A DNA stretch of 64,000 nt from an uncultured Methanosarcinaceae archaeon. GTDB lineage: Archaea; Halobacteriota; Methanosarcinia; Methanosarcinales; Methanosarcinaceae. The translations under genes and the position numbers were made by a program. The number at the start of each line of letters is the position of its first letter. Positions within the stretch are counted from its first letter, which is position 1. This document shows, in pieces, positions 21,881-32,925 of the stretch. The stretch lies in contig CAVRJG010000046.1 in NCBI GenBank assembly GCA_963721455.1, forward strand, positions 26,719 through 90,718, given 5' to 3'. The notes beneath the pieces were generated by a model. That model was not told the DNA's origin. It did not search any database and saw only the letters and a program-made list of their open reading frames with translations.

Positions 21881-22689
21881 CCTTTTTTGTGGCAGTGCCA
21901 ATTACAGATACTGTGCCTCTGTATTGGTTCATAATATATGCATATATGCCAATGGGCAGAAAAGCACAATGAAACATCAATGAAAGACAATGAAATAACT
22001 GGAGAAGGCAAGCCCTTCTATGATCCCCTTCTCTATTTGATCCTGAAAAATCAACTATGCGTCAATGAACTACCAATTGAAGCCACTGGAACAAAAAAGC
22101 ACATCAAAGAAAGAGAAAAGCCCGGAAGAGTTCTGTTCCTTCTACTGTAGCCCCCGATACAGTCGCTCCGAAGTTATACCCCCATCAAGTATATCTATTC
22201 GGAATAGGACCAATGTCTACCAGGCAATTCTTCACTCACATATCATACCGGTTATTCCCCATCCTTTTTGACCTATTTACTCCTGCTATAATATACAATT
22301 ATCCCAGTTGTTATTTTAAATTAATTATACGAAAAATTGTTTCTGAATAAAAGTTACTTCCACATAAAATATTTTTAAATCGAACAACAATTAAATATTA
22401 ATAATACTTTTTTATTATTTTCCGAGGTCTTCAAAATTTAGTATTGAGTTTTTTTCCTAAAAAAGCAATCCGGATTCATTTTATATTAAATTCCTGGATT
22501 TAAAGGCGCGATAAGAATTATTGTGAACACTATATAAAAATTAAAAATATTGAAATATTGTACATCTCCGGTGGAGATTTTGGTAACCTCATTTATGTGT
22601 ACCCCACTTCAGGTCCGCATTTTTCTTGTCATAATATTCTTTTGTAATATCTCACAGAAAACGGAGTCATATAACTGAGTCATATTATA

Positions 22690-22727
22690 GACGAAAACGA
22701 ACTCCCTTAAAGGAGTTCATTTTCATC
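22690..22727. terminator. Long imperfect inverted repeat (terminator-like or element-end relic)
   Basis: gacgaaaacgaactcc-N6-ggagttcattttcatc, just downstream of the PKD gene. Confidence 0.4.
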
Positions 22728-22802
22728 TGGACATTCTTTATCGTTTTTCCAATTTAATATGTTCATTTGCTTGTGTTAGTAACTGACATTAAGCGGCGCT
22801 TT

Positions 22803-25800
22803 TCATGATGTTACGGATGCTGAGAAAGCAGCAACCGGGGCTTTCAAAGAGTTTGCAACGCTTATATAACTATATTTTGTTACCACACTACTGCCAGCCA
22901 TATTATTTGTCGTCAAGGTAACGGTATATTGTCCTACTTTACTGTATATATGCGCTGGATTCTGTTCGGTTGAAGTATTTCCATCTCCGAAACTCCATTT
23001 CCATGAATCGGGTGATCCTGTACTTTTGTCCGTAAAACTGATATTCAACGGCGCTTTTCCTGAAGTTGTGGATGCCGAAAAGGCGGCAACAGGAGCTTCC
23101 AGAGAGTTTGTAACACTTATATAGCTGTATTTTGTAATCACATTACTGCCAGCCATATTATTTGCCGTCAGAGTAACGGCATATTGTCCTGCTTTACTGT
23201 ATGTATGCGTTGGATTCTGTTCGGTTGAAGTCTTTCCATCTCCGAAACTCCATTTCCATGATGTTGCATCTTCCGATAAGTCTTTAAATTGCACCGAAAA
23301 GGGAACACGGCCCTCAATAATAGAATCCTCCGACTTTGCAGCAGTTATATAGCTGTATTTTGTTACCGTATTACTGCCCTCAGAATTATTTACAATAAAG
23401 GTAACGGTATAGGTTCCTGCTGCAAAGTAAGTATGCATTGGATTCTGTTCGGTTGAATTAGATCCGTCTCCAAAGTCCCAGTTCCATTCGGTTGCATTTT
23501 CCGATAGGTCTGTAAACTGGACTGAGAGAGGAGCATAACCACTGGTTACGTTGGTACTGAAGTTTACAACAGGAAGTACTGCTGCAGGTTGTTCCTGTTC
23601 TTGAACAGTTATTGTAGCTAACCTTGAAGCTGTACCATTTGCATTGCTTGCAGTCAGAGTAACTGTATAGGTTCCTGGAGTTGTGAACTCGTGAATTGGA
23701 TTTCTGTCTTCGGAATCACTAATTCCATCACCATTAAAGTCCCAGCTCACAGAAGTTGCATTTTCAGAACTGTCGTTAAACTGGACTGAGAGAGGAGCAA
23801 AACCCTCACTGACATTGGTACTGAAGTTTGCTACAGGAAGTACTGCGGCTGGTTTCTCATTGAATATCTCACTAACTATCGTTAATTTTGCTGCTGGTGG
23901 ATACTCAAGAGAGTTAAACGCAACAAATGGGCCATTCATTGGTATCGCACTAGGTTCTGCATACTGGAAGTTGAATGCTGCATATTTAGCACCTGAAGAA
24001 ACCATATTTTCTAAAAATTCCGTAACATCCAGCTGAACAGTTTCCTCCCCATAATACTCAAATGTGTGGAAAAGTGTACCGGAATTAAAATCATTAAGGT
24101 CTAAGTTTCCGTCTCCACTGTATGTAAATACATCGACTTTAAAGGGATAGGGTCCATTACTGGAGAAGACACTTAAATTTAAAGTCGCATTTGTTACTGG
24201 ACCAGAGATTGTCGATATGTCGAACTCGATAATACCTCTATCCTCAAATGGCATGTCGCCTCTCTCAGTGTCGAGAAATTGAACCACGCTGTTATCCAGG
24301 GTTACATCTGCGATACCGTCTTTCGGGGAATCTAATCCGTCTCGAATAGATCCATCTACTACCGGGAATACAGACTGAACATTTTCAGCAGATGCATTTC
24401 CAATTGGTCCAATACTCTCAGAAACAGTTATTGTAGCTAACTTTGAATTTGTACCGTTTCCATTGCTTGCTGTCAGATTAACGGTATAGTTTCCTGCTGC
24501 AGAATAAGTATTCATTGGATTTCTTTCTGTAGAGTCAGCAATTCCATCACCATTAAAGTCCCAAGCTACTGTGTCTACATTTTCAGAACTGTCATTAAAC
24601 TGGACAGCAAGCGGAGCAAAACCGCTGGTAACATTGGCGCTGAAATTCGCTACCGGAAGCACTGTTACAGGTTGATCGATTTCCTTAGGTTTAATGGTTA
24701 TCTCTTTCGTGATGCCCCCTACCTTTATCTCAAAGTCTCCCGGAGGAACAGCTTTTGTATTATAGGAGTAACTGAAATCTCCGTTCGAATCCGCTTTTAT
24801 CCTCTGAAAAGCCGTAATCTTCAGATTAACCTCTGAGACTCCTTCTCCAGCGTCCCCGTCAATCTTTATTTTATAGGTTCCCGAAGGGACATTTGACTGA
24901 GATACGGTTGCAGTATCTCCTGAAGCCTCTGAGCTTTTTGTTACCCAGATAACCATTTTTACCCTCACGTTGAGGTTTTCGGCTCCTCTGGCCTCGACCG
25001 TAAAGAAGTTGTTAAAGCCCTCTGGAATTTTTACGTCTTTAAGATTATATTCAAATTTTCCCTTTTGGACAGGAATGGTTTTCTCAAAGGTCACGAATAC
25101 ATCGACCTTCTCTTCCGGAGAAGCATTCCCATTTATATTTAGGGTCTCCCCGGAAACAGGTTCTTGAGGGAAAAATTCCCAATCGCTAGCAGGTACAGGT
25201 TTTTCTAAAACAGTTATCGTTGAAAACGTTGAATTTGTACCGTTTTCATTGGTTGCTGTCAGATTAACTGTGTAATTGCCTACTGTGTAGTAAGTATGCG
25301 TTGGATTCTGCTCGGTTGAATTAGCTCCGTTTCCAAAGTCCCAGTTCCATCCTGTTGCATTCTTCGAGAGATCCGTAAACTGAACAGTAAGAGGAGCATA
25401 ACCCTCAGTGACATTGCTGCTGAAGTTTGCAACAGGAAGTACAGGTTGTGCTGGGAGAGGACCTATAAACTGCCCGAAAGCCTTAGGAAGGTTTCCTACG
25501 TCCACCGTGGCTGTAACATTGTTTGTGGCTGTATCAATTACAGAGATCGTTTGGTCGGCGGAGTTCGCTACGTACACGTTTGTTCCGTCCGGGGTAACAG
25601 CAACTCCAAAAGGATGCAAACCTACAGTCACCGTGGCTGTAACAGTATTGGTAGCAGTGTCAATTACAGAGACGCTATGGCTGTCAAAGTTCGTGACATA
25701 TACCTTTGATCCATCCGGACTGACTGCAACTCCAAAAGGATAATCTCCTACATTCACCGTAGCAACAGTGTTGGTTGCGGTGTCAATTACAGAAACAGTA

Positions 25801-26417
25801 TATTCCCATACGTTCGTCGCATATACTTTTGTTCCATCCGGGCTGACTGCAACTCCAGTAAGAGGGCTTCCTACAGTCACCAGGTGTGTAACCTTGTCTG
25901 TGGCTGTATCAATTACATAGACAGGGCCGCCTTCGTCCCCCACATATACCTTTGTTCCATCCGGGGCAACTGCAACTCCGTAAGGATGATCTCCTACAGT
26001 CAAAGTTTTCTTTACTGTGTTGTTTGCAGTGTCAATCATAGATACGGTACCGTCGCCCCCGTTCGCCACATATACCGTTTTTCTATCAGGGGTGACTGCA
26101 ACTCCTTCAGGGATACTTCCTACATTCACCGTGGCTGTAACAGTGTTTGTGACTGTATCAATCACAGAGATATTATTGCTGTAACTGTTCGTCACATACA
26201 CTTTTGTCCCATCCGGAGTGACTGCAACTCCCAAAGGATGCGAACCTACAGGCACAGTGGCTGTAATAGTGTTTGTTGCTGTGTCAATTACAGAGACATT
26301 GTCATCGCCGTAATTCGTAATATATGCATATGGCGATGCGCCTGCAGTACTCACCAGCATTAAAATCATAGCTGTTGAAACTAAAGCTATCGAATACAAC
26401 TTATTATTAGGTTTCAT
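22803..26417 (-). CDS. Cell-surface protein with YVTN beta-propeller and multiple PKD domains (C-terminally truncated)
   Basis: Signal peptide, about 7 GVAVTPDG.KVYV.N repeats and many PVANFS..VT.G.APL.VQF.D.S...W.WDFGDG PKD repeats. Confidence 0.92.
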   Translation of the reverse strand: MKPNNKLYSIALVSTAMILMLVSTAGASPYAYITNYGDDNVSVIDTATNTITATVPVGSHPLGVAVTPDGTKVYVTNSYSNNISVIDTVTNTVTATVNVGSIPEGVAVTPDRKTVYVANGGDGTVSMIDTANNTVKKTLTVGDHPYGVAVAPDGTKVYVGDEGGPVYVIDTATDKVTHLVTVGSPLTGVAVSPDGTKVYATNVWEYTVSVIDTATNTVATVNVGDYPFGVAVSPDGSKVYVTNFDSHSVSVIDTATNTVTATVTVGLHPFGVAVTPDGTNVYVANSADQTISVIDTATNNVTATVDVGNLPKAFGQFIGPLPAQPVLPVANFSSNVTEGYAPLTVQFTDLSKNATGWNWDFGNGANSTEQNPTHTYYTVGNYTVNLTATNENGTNSTFSTITVLEKPVPASDWEFFPQEPVSGETLNINGNASPEEKVDVFVTFEKTIPVQKGKFEYNLKDVKIPEGFNNFFTVEARGAENLNVRVKMVIWVTKSSEASGDTATVSQSNVPSGTYKIKIDGDAGEGVSEVNLKITAFQRIKADSNGDFSYSYNTKAVPPGDFEIKVGGITKEITIKPKEIDQPVTVLPVANFSANVTSGFAPLAVQFNDSSENVDTVAWDFNGDGIADSTERNPMNTYSAAGNYTVNLTASNGNGTNSKLATITVSESIGPIGNASAENVQSVFPVVDGSIRDGLDSPKDGIADVTLDNSVVQFLDTERGDMPFEDRGIIEFDISTISGPVTNATLNLSVFSSNGPYPFKVDVFTYSGDGNLDLNDFNSGTLFHTFEYYGEETVQLDVTEFLENMVSSGAKYAAFNFQYAEPSAIPMNGPFVAFNSLEYPPAAKLTIVSEIFNEKPAAVLPVANFSTNVSEGFAPLSVQFNDSSENATSVSWDFNGDGISDSEDRNPIHEFTTPGTYTVTLTASNANGTASRLATITVQEQEQPAAVLPVVNFSTNVTSGYAPLSVQFTDLSENATEWNWDFGDGSNSTEQNPMHTYFAAGTYTVTFIVNNSEGSNTVTKYSYITAAKSEDSIIEGRVPFSVQFKDLSEDATSWKWSFGDGKTSTEQNPTHTYSKAGQYAVTLTANNMAGSNVITKYSYISVTNSLEAPVAAFSASTTSGKAPLNISFTDKSTGSPDSWKWSFGDGNTSTEQNPAHIYSKVGQYTVTLTTNNMAGSSVVTKYSYISVANSLKAPVAAFSASVTS

Positions 26418-26664
26418 TTATCGTTCTCCAATTTTTAATATTCGGACAGTAAAAAACAGACATCACAAAAAACTGTTAAAAATTACTACTTAAGATACAG
26501 TTAAAAAATATAAACATGTCTATTAGAATTTTGGCTTTACACAGATCATTGAATTTGATAAAAGCTATCAAGTGGCGGTTAGCCGATAAGGGTCGATGTA
26601 AAAATGCTCAGATTTAACAACACAAAATGTAAACTGCACATATAAAAAATTTAAAACGAGTTAA

Positions 26665-26919
26665 AAAGGAGAGATTGAACTAATTAATGTAGCCTCGCAG
26701 GAAGACTCCAAAATTAGGGAATCCTCCCGCCTGCAGGCAAGACTAGAAGAATTACAGGCCCACAATGAAGCGTTAAAGAAAGAACTTGAGAATGCAAGCC
26801 AGAGAGAACAAGACCTCAAAAGCATGCATAATAATTACCTGCTACCGGTTCAAACACTCATCAATCAGAAAGCAATTGAAGCTCCTCGAGCTAAAAAGCC
26901 ATGGTATAAGTTTTGGTGA
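26665..26919 (+). pseudogene. Start-less fragment of a small coiled-coil protein ending KKPWYKFW (DUF536-like, mobile-element associated)
   Basis: Frame reads ...RLQARLEELQAHNEALKKELENASQREQDLKSMHNNYLLPVQTLINQKAIEAPRAKKPWYKFW*, with an in-frame stop at 26662 and no upstream start. Confidence 0.55.
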
Positions 26920-27171
26920 AGTTTAAAACACTCTTTTTTAGCTTATTACCCATTAACTATCTTACGAATCTTATCAAAGGCAATCAATAAAGTAATAACA
27001 GCCACACCCGCCTTAACTCATAATAAAAATTCATTCTAAGACCTCCTAATTCTGAGACCTCCTAATATAGTATGAGGGAAACAGATCTAAAAAATTAACT
27101 GAGGATTTAACATCTGACCTGTTTTTTATTGCAGTTGTTGTCCCGTCTGCTCCTTCTGTTTTTAATATCTT

Positions 27172-27289
27172 CAGGACTTACGCACTTGAAGTAAAAATCA
27201 AGCACAATTGAAGTTGTGGTTTAAAGTTATATTTTAAACAGTTAAAGGTTTAATGTTATTGATTTCTCAGTTCAACCGCGTAAGTCCTG
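27172..27289. mobile_element. MITE-like element with ~30-bp terminal inverted repeats
   Basis: Left end caggacttacgcacttgaagtaaaaatcaa; reverse complement of right end caggacttacgcggttgaactgagaaatcaa; non-coding. Confidence 0.7.
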
Positions 27290-27420
27290 CAAACAGAACA
27301 TGTAAAATGGATGAAAGCTCGAAGTTAATGGATTGTAATCCGGTACTTGAGCTTTAGCTCGATACCAAGTATCAGGATAAAATCGAATTAAAAGTACTTT
27401 AAACAAAAAAGAATTTTAGA

Positions 27421-27494
27421 AGCCTCGTGCGTGATTTGAACACGCGACCTAGTGATTACAAGTCACTCGCTCTACCGGGCTGAGCCAACGAGGC
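27421..27494 (-). tRNA. tRNA-Thr (anticodon TGT)
   Basis: Reverse complement GCCTCGTTGGCTCAGCCCGGTAGAGCGAGTGACTTGTAATCACTAGGTCGCGTGTTCAAATCACGCACGAGGCT folds as a cloverleaf with anticodon loop CT-TGT-AA. Confidence 0.95.
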
Positions 27495-28409
27495 AAATTG
27501 GAACTGACTGCAGACTTATCTAAATACAATACTTACAGATAAACTTTATGGCAGATTTCTTTTTCCGAAAGTCACCCGCCATGTTTTAACTGCTTTCTTT
27601 TCTCTTTTTGCCTCTTTACTTCGATTATGATACATAAGCCTTATGGCATTCTTCCTCTATATCTCGCTTAAAGTGTTGCTATTTCTCTATTTTTCAGGCT
27701 TGTTTGGCAGTGTCGCAAATTTGCTGTAAATTCGAAGTTAAGTTTTTATGTACTGTGTGTAATTTCGTTCTTCCGATATGGAATTTTTAAACTACCAACT
27801 TTTTGAGATTTATGATTTTACAGCAAAATCGGCACACTGCCGCTTGTTTCCTGCAGTTTTTGGTACTTGTTACATGGATTATAGCAACAGAACACTAAAA
27901 TATTGCTATAATCAACGTAGCATGGAAATTTTTTGAGCACAGGTACTGCGGTCACTTTCAGATTACTTTTCAGAACAAGCCAGATCCTTATGTTGGAATT
28001 ATGATTAATTACCATGGGGAACTAAGGGACCAAGAAAACAATATTCATCCCGAGTCTATCATTGCAATTGACGGGAGAAATACATCGAAATTGAGCCAAG
28101 AGGAAATTCCGGCCGTAAGCCAGATAAAATGAGACCATTGTAAAGTATCGACGAGAATAAAAACCAGTCAAATTGCGTTTTCTTTATCAAATCTCAATTT
28201 TATTAGCCGATATGATATGTATATATATTAAAATTTATATATCTTTTGCATTATATTGTTGCAACTGTTTTTTGACTGCATAGTTCTCAATAAGGTAGGA
28301 AAATACCGGGGTCGTATAAGATCGTTTGGATGATTCATATTACATCTGCCGCTCCGAAACAGCGAAACGAGAACGGACAGCAGAGCAGAATTCTTAATGG
28401 GGAATAATT

Positions 28410-28960
28410 GGATGACGTAATTTTTGGATCGATGCAGCTCTTAGACATCATGTTCGATAATCCAGGTTTCCATGGTCAGATCTGCTGTGAACTTGAATCC
28501 GTGATGGAGAAAGGAATGCCCATCTCATTGACCTGATATTAGTATGGAAAGATTAAGAAGGGAATATTAGGCATATGGAAACTACACAGTTGGATGAAGA
28601 GGAGAAAATGCTTTTTGGAGCCGTTATAGGAGAACTCATTTGGTATGGAACCGGCGGCGAAGATGGGAGATAAAAGGCACTGAGGCAGGAATCCTGGCAG
28701 CAGCCTAGGTAAATTACGGAATCACCGAGAAAGATATCCTAGAGATAGCCGAGACCATTCATAACGGTACCGCCCCTGATATCCTCATCATCGAACACCT
28801 CTGGGCAAAAAATCTGAAGCAGGAGATCCGCGAAGCTGGAATAATCCTGGTCCCCCAGGGCATGCTCACACCCGAGCTTCTCGTTGCCGTTGTAGAAGAA
28901 CTGGCAGAGGCGGTTAAATCTGGCAGAGAAGAAAAAACCGGGATCCAGGGTAGAGTCTGC
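28410..28960 (+). pseudogene. Degenerate DUF1269/DUF6325-like gene
   Basis: Broken frames read FGSMQLLDIMFDNPGFHGQI..ELESVMEKG, LIDLILVWKD* and ITEKDILEIAETI..ILIIEHLWAKNLKQEIREAG; several stops and frameshifts. Confidence 0.5.
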
Positions 28961-29057
28961 AGTCTGAATGGCTGCCCGCTCGAATTCCTATATAAAAAAA
29001 TTATTACCGGAAGTTTTGCTTCAAATTTTATAGAAGAAAATTAGCAGCAAGAAAAGA

Positions 29058-30131
29058 TTGGAGGATGTGAACATAAATGCGAATACTGGTTCAATACCAG
29101 CCAAAGTTCTAATTTATAGCACTGCTGCAGTTCTCCTGACACTTGGTATGAAGGCGATTTCAACTATACTGTTGCCGGTTTTTTTCGCTCTTTTTGCCTA
29201 TTTAATCTTTGCCCCTCTGGTTCACTGGCTCCAGAGGAAAGGGGTTCCGGGAACGGTTAGTGTTCTTCTGGTGATCCTTTTTTTCATTTTTGTTTTTTTT
29301 GGAACCGCAATTCTGTTTGCAAGCTCTTTACTCCAGCTCAGTGGGCGGATTCCAAGCTATGAAAATCAGTTGGAGAGTATTCTGAACAGTATTTCAACAT
29401 ATTTGCCTGCATCTGGAGTTTCCGTGGAATCGGTCCTGCAAGATATTGCAGCATTTGCTTTCAGTGTGTCTGGGGATATTATTTCAGGAACCTTAAATGC
29501 CGGGTCAACACTTGTGCTCATTGTTATCACGACAACGTTTTTACTTCTGGATGCTGCAGGTGTGCCAGAAAAGGCGCAAAAAGAAGTTGAAGAGCAACCA
29601 GTCCATCTTTCGCGGTTTACCGAATTAAGCAGAACCGTCATAAATTACATGCTCCTGAGGACTGAGACCAATTTGTTTGGGGGCATTGGAGTTGCCATAC
29701 TTCTCTTTATTGGGGGTATAGATTTTCCTATTCTCTGGGGCCTTCTGTTCTTCCTGTTCGGTTATATCCCTTATCTGGGTTTTTATCTTGCCGCTATTCC
29801 ACCTATGCTCCTTGGCCTGTTCAAATACGGGCCTATAGGGGCACTGGGTATCCTTGCCGCCATCACTATTGTCAATGCGCTCGTAGAAGATGTTATTTTT
29901 CCATCTCTTGCAGGAAAAGGCCTTAAATTATCTCCGACGATTGTATTTCTTTCTTTATTTTACTGGTCTTATGTGCTTGGGACTGCAGGCGCACTGATTG
30001 CTGTACCCCTTACAATGGTCGTGAAGATGATCCTGGAAAGTTCCGAAGATACGCGCTGGATGGCTAAACTGATGGAATCAAGTGGGGATAGAGATCAGGA
30101 TGAGGAAAAGATTATAGGAAATTCATCTTGA
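29058..30131 (+). CDS. AI-2E family transporter (PerM/TqsA-like)
   Basis: Multi-TM; YIPYLG, LSP..VFLSL.YW..VLG..GALIAVPLT motifs. Confidence 0.88.
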   Translation: MEDVNINANTGSIPAKVLIYSTAAVLLTLGMKAISTILLPVFFALFAYLIFAPLVHWLQRKGVPGTVSVLLVILFFIFVFFGTAILFASSLLQLSGRIPSYENQLESILNSISTYLPASGVSVESVLQDIAAFAFSVSGDIISGTLNAGSTLVLIVITTTFLLLDAAGVPEKAQKEVEEQPVHLSRFTELSRTVINYMLLRTETNLFGGIGVAILLFIGGIDFPILWGLLFFLFGYIPYLGFYLAAIPPMLLGLFKYGPIGALGILAAITIVNALVEDVIFPSLAGKGLKLSPTIVFLSLFYWSYVLGTAGALIAVPLTMVVKMILESSEDTRWMAKLMESSGDRDQDEEKIIGNSS

Positions 30132-30161
30132 AGTTCTAAAGACCTGTGATTTCAAAATTAA

Positions 30162-30241
30162 TTAGTCACTGCGATTCAGAGTAGATGCACAAGTTGATGC
30201 TACTTGGCTTTGTATTCGAATGCGTCTAATGCAACGACTAT
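30162..30241. repeat. Short palindromic-ended interspersed repeat (MITE-like)
   Basis: tagtcactgcgattcagagt...gtctaatgcaacgacta with imperfect inverted ends; resembles a recurrent Methanosarcina intergenic element (from recall, not searched). Confidence 0.4.
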
Positions 30242-30649
30242 GAGATTTTTCTATACTATGCTATAAGAATCTATGTTTTGGTGCTTGTATTATTGTAACT
30301 ACCATCTGAATTGTTAGGGAACATGAAAGACTACAATATCTCCAATGTTTCTTATGATAAGTCCTGCAAAAGGAGAGCAAGTGCAACAATAAAATGTAAA
30401 ATCGGCCATTCAGAAAACCACGAATCATAAGATAACGGCTTTCTTGTTTTTATAGCAGTGTGTAGGTATTATTGGAATCTATTTGGACGAAATTTCATAA
30501 AATTAAAATAGATAAGAAGGATTATAGTTTTAGAGTTTTTAAACGTTAAGAGAAAAAGAAGGATTATTGAGAGCCTATTTTTTAGATATATAACCGCGAA
30601 CTTCTAACCAATATATATTATTAACCGAAGGTATAATATACCGCTTAAG

Positions 30650-31219
30650 ATGTGGCAGGAAATAGCAAAATACGGGCGCAAGCTTGTTGAACACGGGCTT
30701 GTTGAATCCAATTTCGGGAATATCAGTCTCAGGGCTGGCGATAAAATGCTTATTACCCGGACAGGGGCAGCTCTTGATGAGATCACCGGGAATAGTATTG
30801 TTGAGGTGGACATTCAGGACACTTCGTCTCTGGACATAATTGCATCTTCCGAAACCGTCGTACACAGGGAGATTTACAGGCAGACTTCTGCTCTTGCAAT
30901 CATTCACGCTCACTGTCAATACGCAGTTGTTGAGTCCCTGCTTGCAGGCCCCGGAGGGATAATTGCGCCTGTAGATAGCGAAGGGCAATACTTTCTGGGG
31001 GATATTCCTGTGGTCGGAGGGGGAATAGGCAGCCGCGAGCTTGCAGGAAATCTTGCAAATATACTATCGAGACACAGAGGCGCTGTAGTTTACAGTCATG
31101 GAACTTTTGCAATCGGGAGAACGCTTGGAGATGCATATATAGTGACCACACAGCTTGAACATTCTTGTAAAGTTAAATACCTGTATGAGCGTGCAGTTGC
31201 AGAAAAGGGAAATAAGTAA
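30650..31219 (+). CDS. Class II aldolase/adducin family protein
   Basis: GNIS.R, SSE..VH..IY, IIHAH and HG motifs. Confidence 0.88.
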   Translation: MWQEIAKYGRKLVEHGLVESNFGNISLRAGDKMLITRTGAALDEITGNSIVEVDIQDTSSLDIIASSETVVHREIYRQTSALAIIHAHCQYAVVESLLAGPGGIIAPVDSEGQYFLGDIPVVGGGIGSRELAGNLANILSRHRGAVVYSHGTFAIGRTLGDAYIVTTQLEHSCKVKYLYERAVAEKGNK

Positions 31220-31407
31220 ACTTATCTATTGAGTGTGCGGATAACTATACAGCCTTAAGTATAAATATAAAAAGCAGGTAAACACAGAAACGATATAATT
31301 CAGCAGATCCAAACCGGCATACTGAGCAAGACAAGGTGCCTGTTTTTGGGGCAGCTCTCTATCACTATATTCACGATATATATCTAAAGGAAGAATCATC
31401 GAGTACC

Positions 31408-32019
31408 ATGACGTTTAATACCCTGAGACCTTTTGCCTCAAAAGTCATCGAACCGCTGGCAGACTTTTTAATCCGATTTGAGGTCTCACCTGATACAGTT
31501 TCCATAGCTTCCCTTGTCTGTGCCTTTTTTGCAGGGCTCAGTTTTTACTATTCTCCGGCAGCTAAGGAACTCGTCCTGTTGGCAGGCATCCTGGTGATAT
31601 TTAACTCACTTCTTGATGCCCTTGACGGGGTAATTGCACGGAAATCCAATAGGGCCACTCCCAGAGGCGATTTTCTGGATCACGTTATCGACCGCTATTC
31701 GGATGTTTTCATTATATGCAGTATCTTTTTTGCAGGTTATGTTCCCTGGCAGATCGGAGTTGCGGCAATAGTAGGTGTGCTTCTTACCAGCTATCTCGGA
31801 ACCCAGGCTCAAGCCCTCAATCTGGGAAGGTACTATGGGGGGATTATGGGCAGGGCTGATCGCCTTGTAGTTATAATTCTTGCAGCTTTCATCAACTTTG
31901 TCTTTTCATCATTGATCGCAGGTTTTTCAATCCTGGGCTGGGCTGTCATCCTAATTGCTGTAACCAGTCATATAACTGCAATCCAGAGGATTATCTATAT
32001 CTGGAAGAACCTGAGCTGA
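31408..32019 (+). CDS. CDP-alcohol phosphatidyltransferase (archaeal phospholipid synthase)
   Basis: DALDGVIAR...GDFLDHVIDRYSD signature; ATG at 31408 chosen as the start. Confidence 0.9.
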   Translation: MTFNTLRPFASKVIEPLADFLIRFEVSPDTVSIASLVCAFFAGLSFYYSPAAKELVLLAGILVIFNSLLDALDGVIARKSNRATPRGDFLDHVIDRYSDVFIICSIFFAGYVPWQIGVAAIVGVLLTSYLGTQAQALNLGRYYGGIMGRADRLVVIILAAFINFVFSSLIAGFSILGWAVILIAVTSHITAIQRIIYIWKNLS

Positions 32020-32135
32020 TGGCATCTTTTTTGAATCATCTTGTAATAATTTTTATCTCAATTCATGGAAGTTTCCGTTACTCCTGAATGCAGGCTTCTG
32101 AAGCGGATAAGTTAATGTAACACAAAACCCAATAC

Positions 32136-32582
32136 TTGACTATGCCGTCTCAACAAAAACCGTATGAGTACCTGGAACACACGGCAGACGCGAAATTCCG
32201 GGCTTATGGAAATACTCTGGAAGAAGTATTCGAAAATGCAGCTCTCGCGATGTTCAATGTTATGATCGATACCAAGAAAGTATCGGGAGAGATGGCAAGG
32301 GAGATCTGTCTTAATTCTCCTGATCTGGAGTCCCTGCTTGTGGATTGGCTTTCTGAACTTCTGTACATCTTTGAAGTGGATGAGGTTGTTTTTCGGAAAT
32401 TCCGGGTTGAGGAGATCAGGGAAGTGGAGGGCGGGTACTCAATAAAAGCCCGGGCTTTCGGGGAAAGATTTGAACGTGGAAGCCATCCCTTCGAAACCGA
32501 TATCAAAGCCGTCACTTACAATCAGCTCGAAGTTTCAAAGACCGAAGAAGGCTGGGAAGCCCAGGTTGTTGTTGATATTTAA
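32136..32582 (+). CDS. Archease
   Basis: YEYLEHTAD, IKAVTY and C-terminal VVDI; adjacent to rtcB. Confidence 0.93.
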   Translation: MTMPSQQKPYEYLEHTADAKFRAYGNTLEEVFENAALAMFNVMIDTKKVSGEMAREICLNSPDLESLLVDWLSELLYIFEVDEVVFRKFRVEEIREVEGGYSIKARAFGERFERGSHPFETDIKAVTYNQLEVSKTEEGWEAQVVVDI

Positions 32583-32925
32583 GGACACAGAGTTTCAAAA
32601 TCCGGAATCCGGCTGGCGTATTGTCTGTTAATTTCTTTTTTATCAGTTTTGCAGGCTATATATTCATTTATGTGAATAATTTCTGTGGGCAATTCTCCTG
32701 GCCGGCATCATTATATCCAGATTGAATTTCATTTAGTCCCAATTGGATCTTATTAGATCTCAAATTGAACTTCTTTACATAATATTCAGGATTCCTTTAT
32801 CAGATATTCATGCAGCCCAAAGGCTCGTATCTCAATATTATTCAATCCATTACAGACCTTTAAGGAAACAGCAAATAAACAAGTAATTTCAACTTATATA
32901 GGCAAATTAACACTGGAGCATCGAT

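Noticed and set aside
22803-22805. TGA as a selenocysteine or readthrough codon
   Set aside because: It replaces a Gly codon of the PKD consensus, and the downstream sequence is frameshifted within a few codons.
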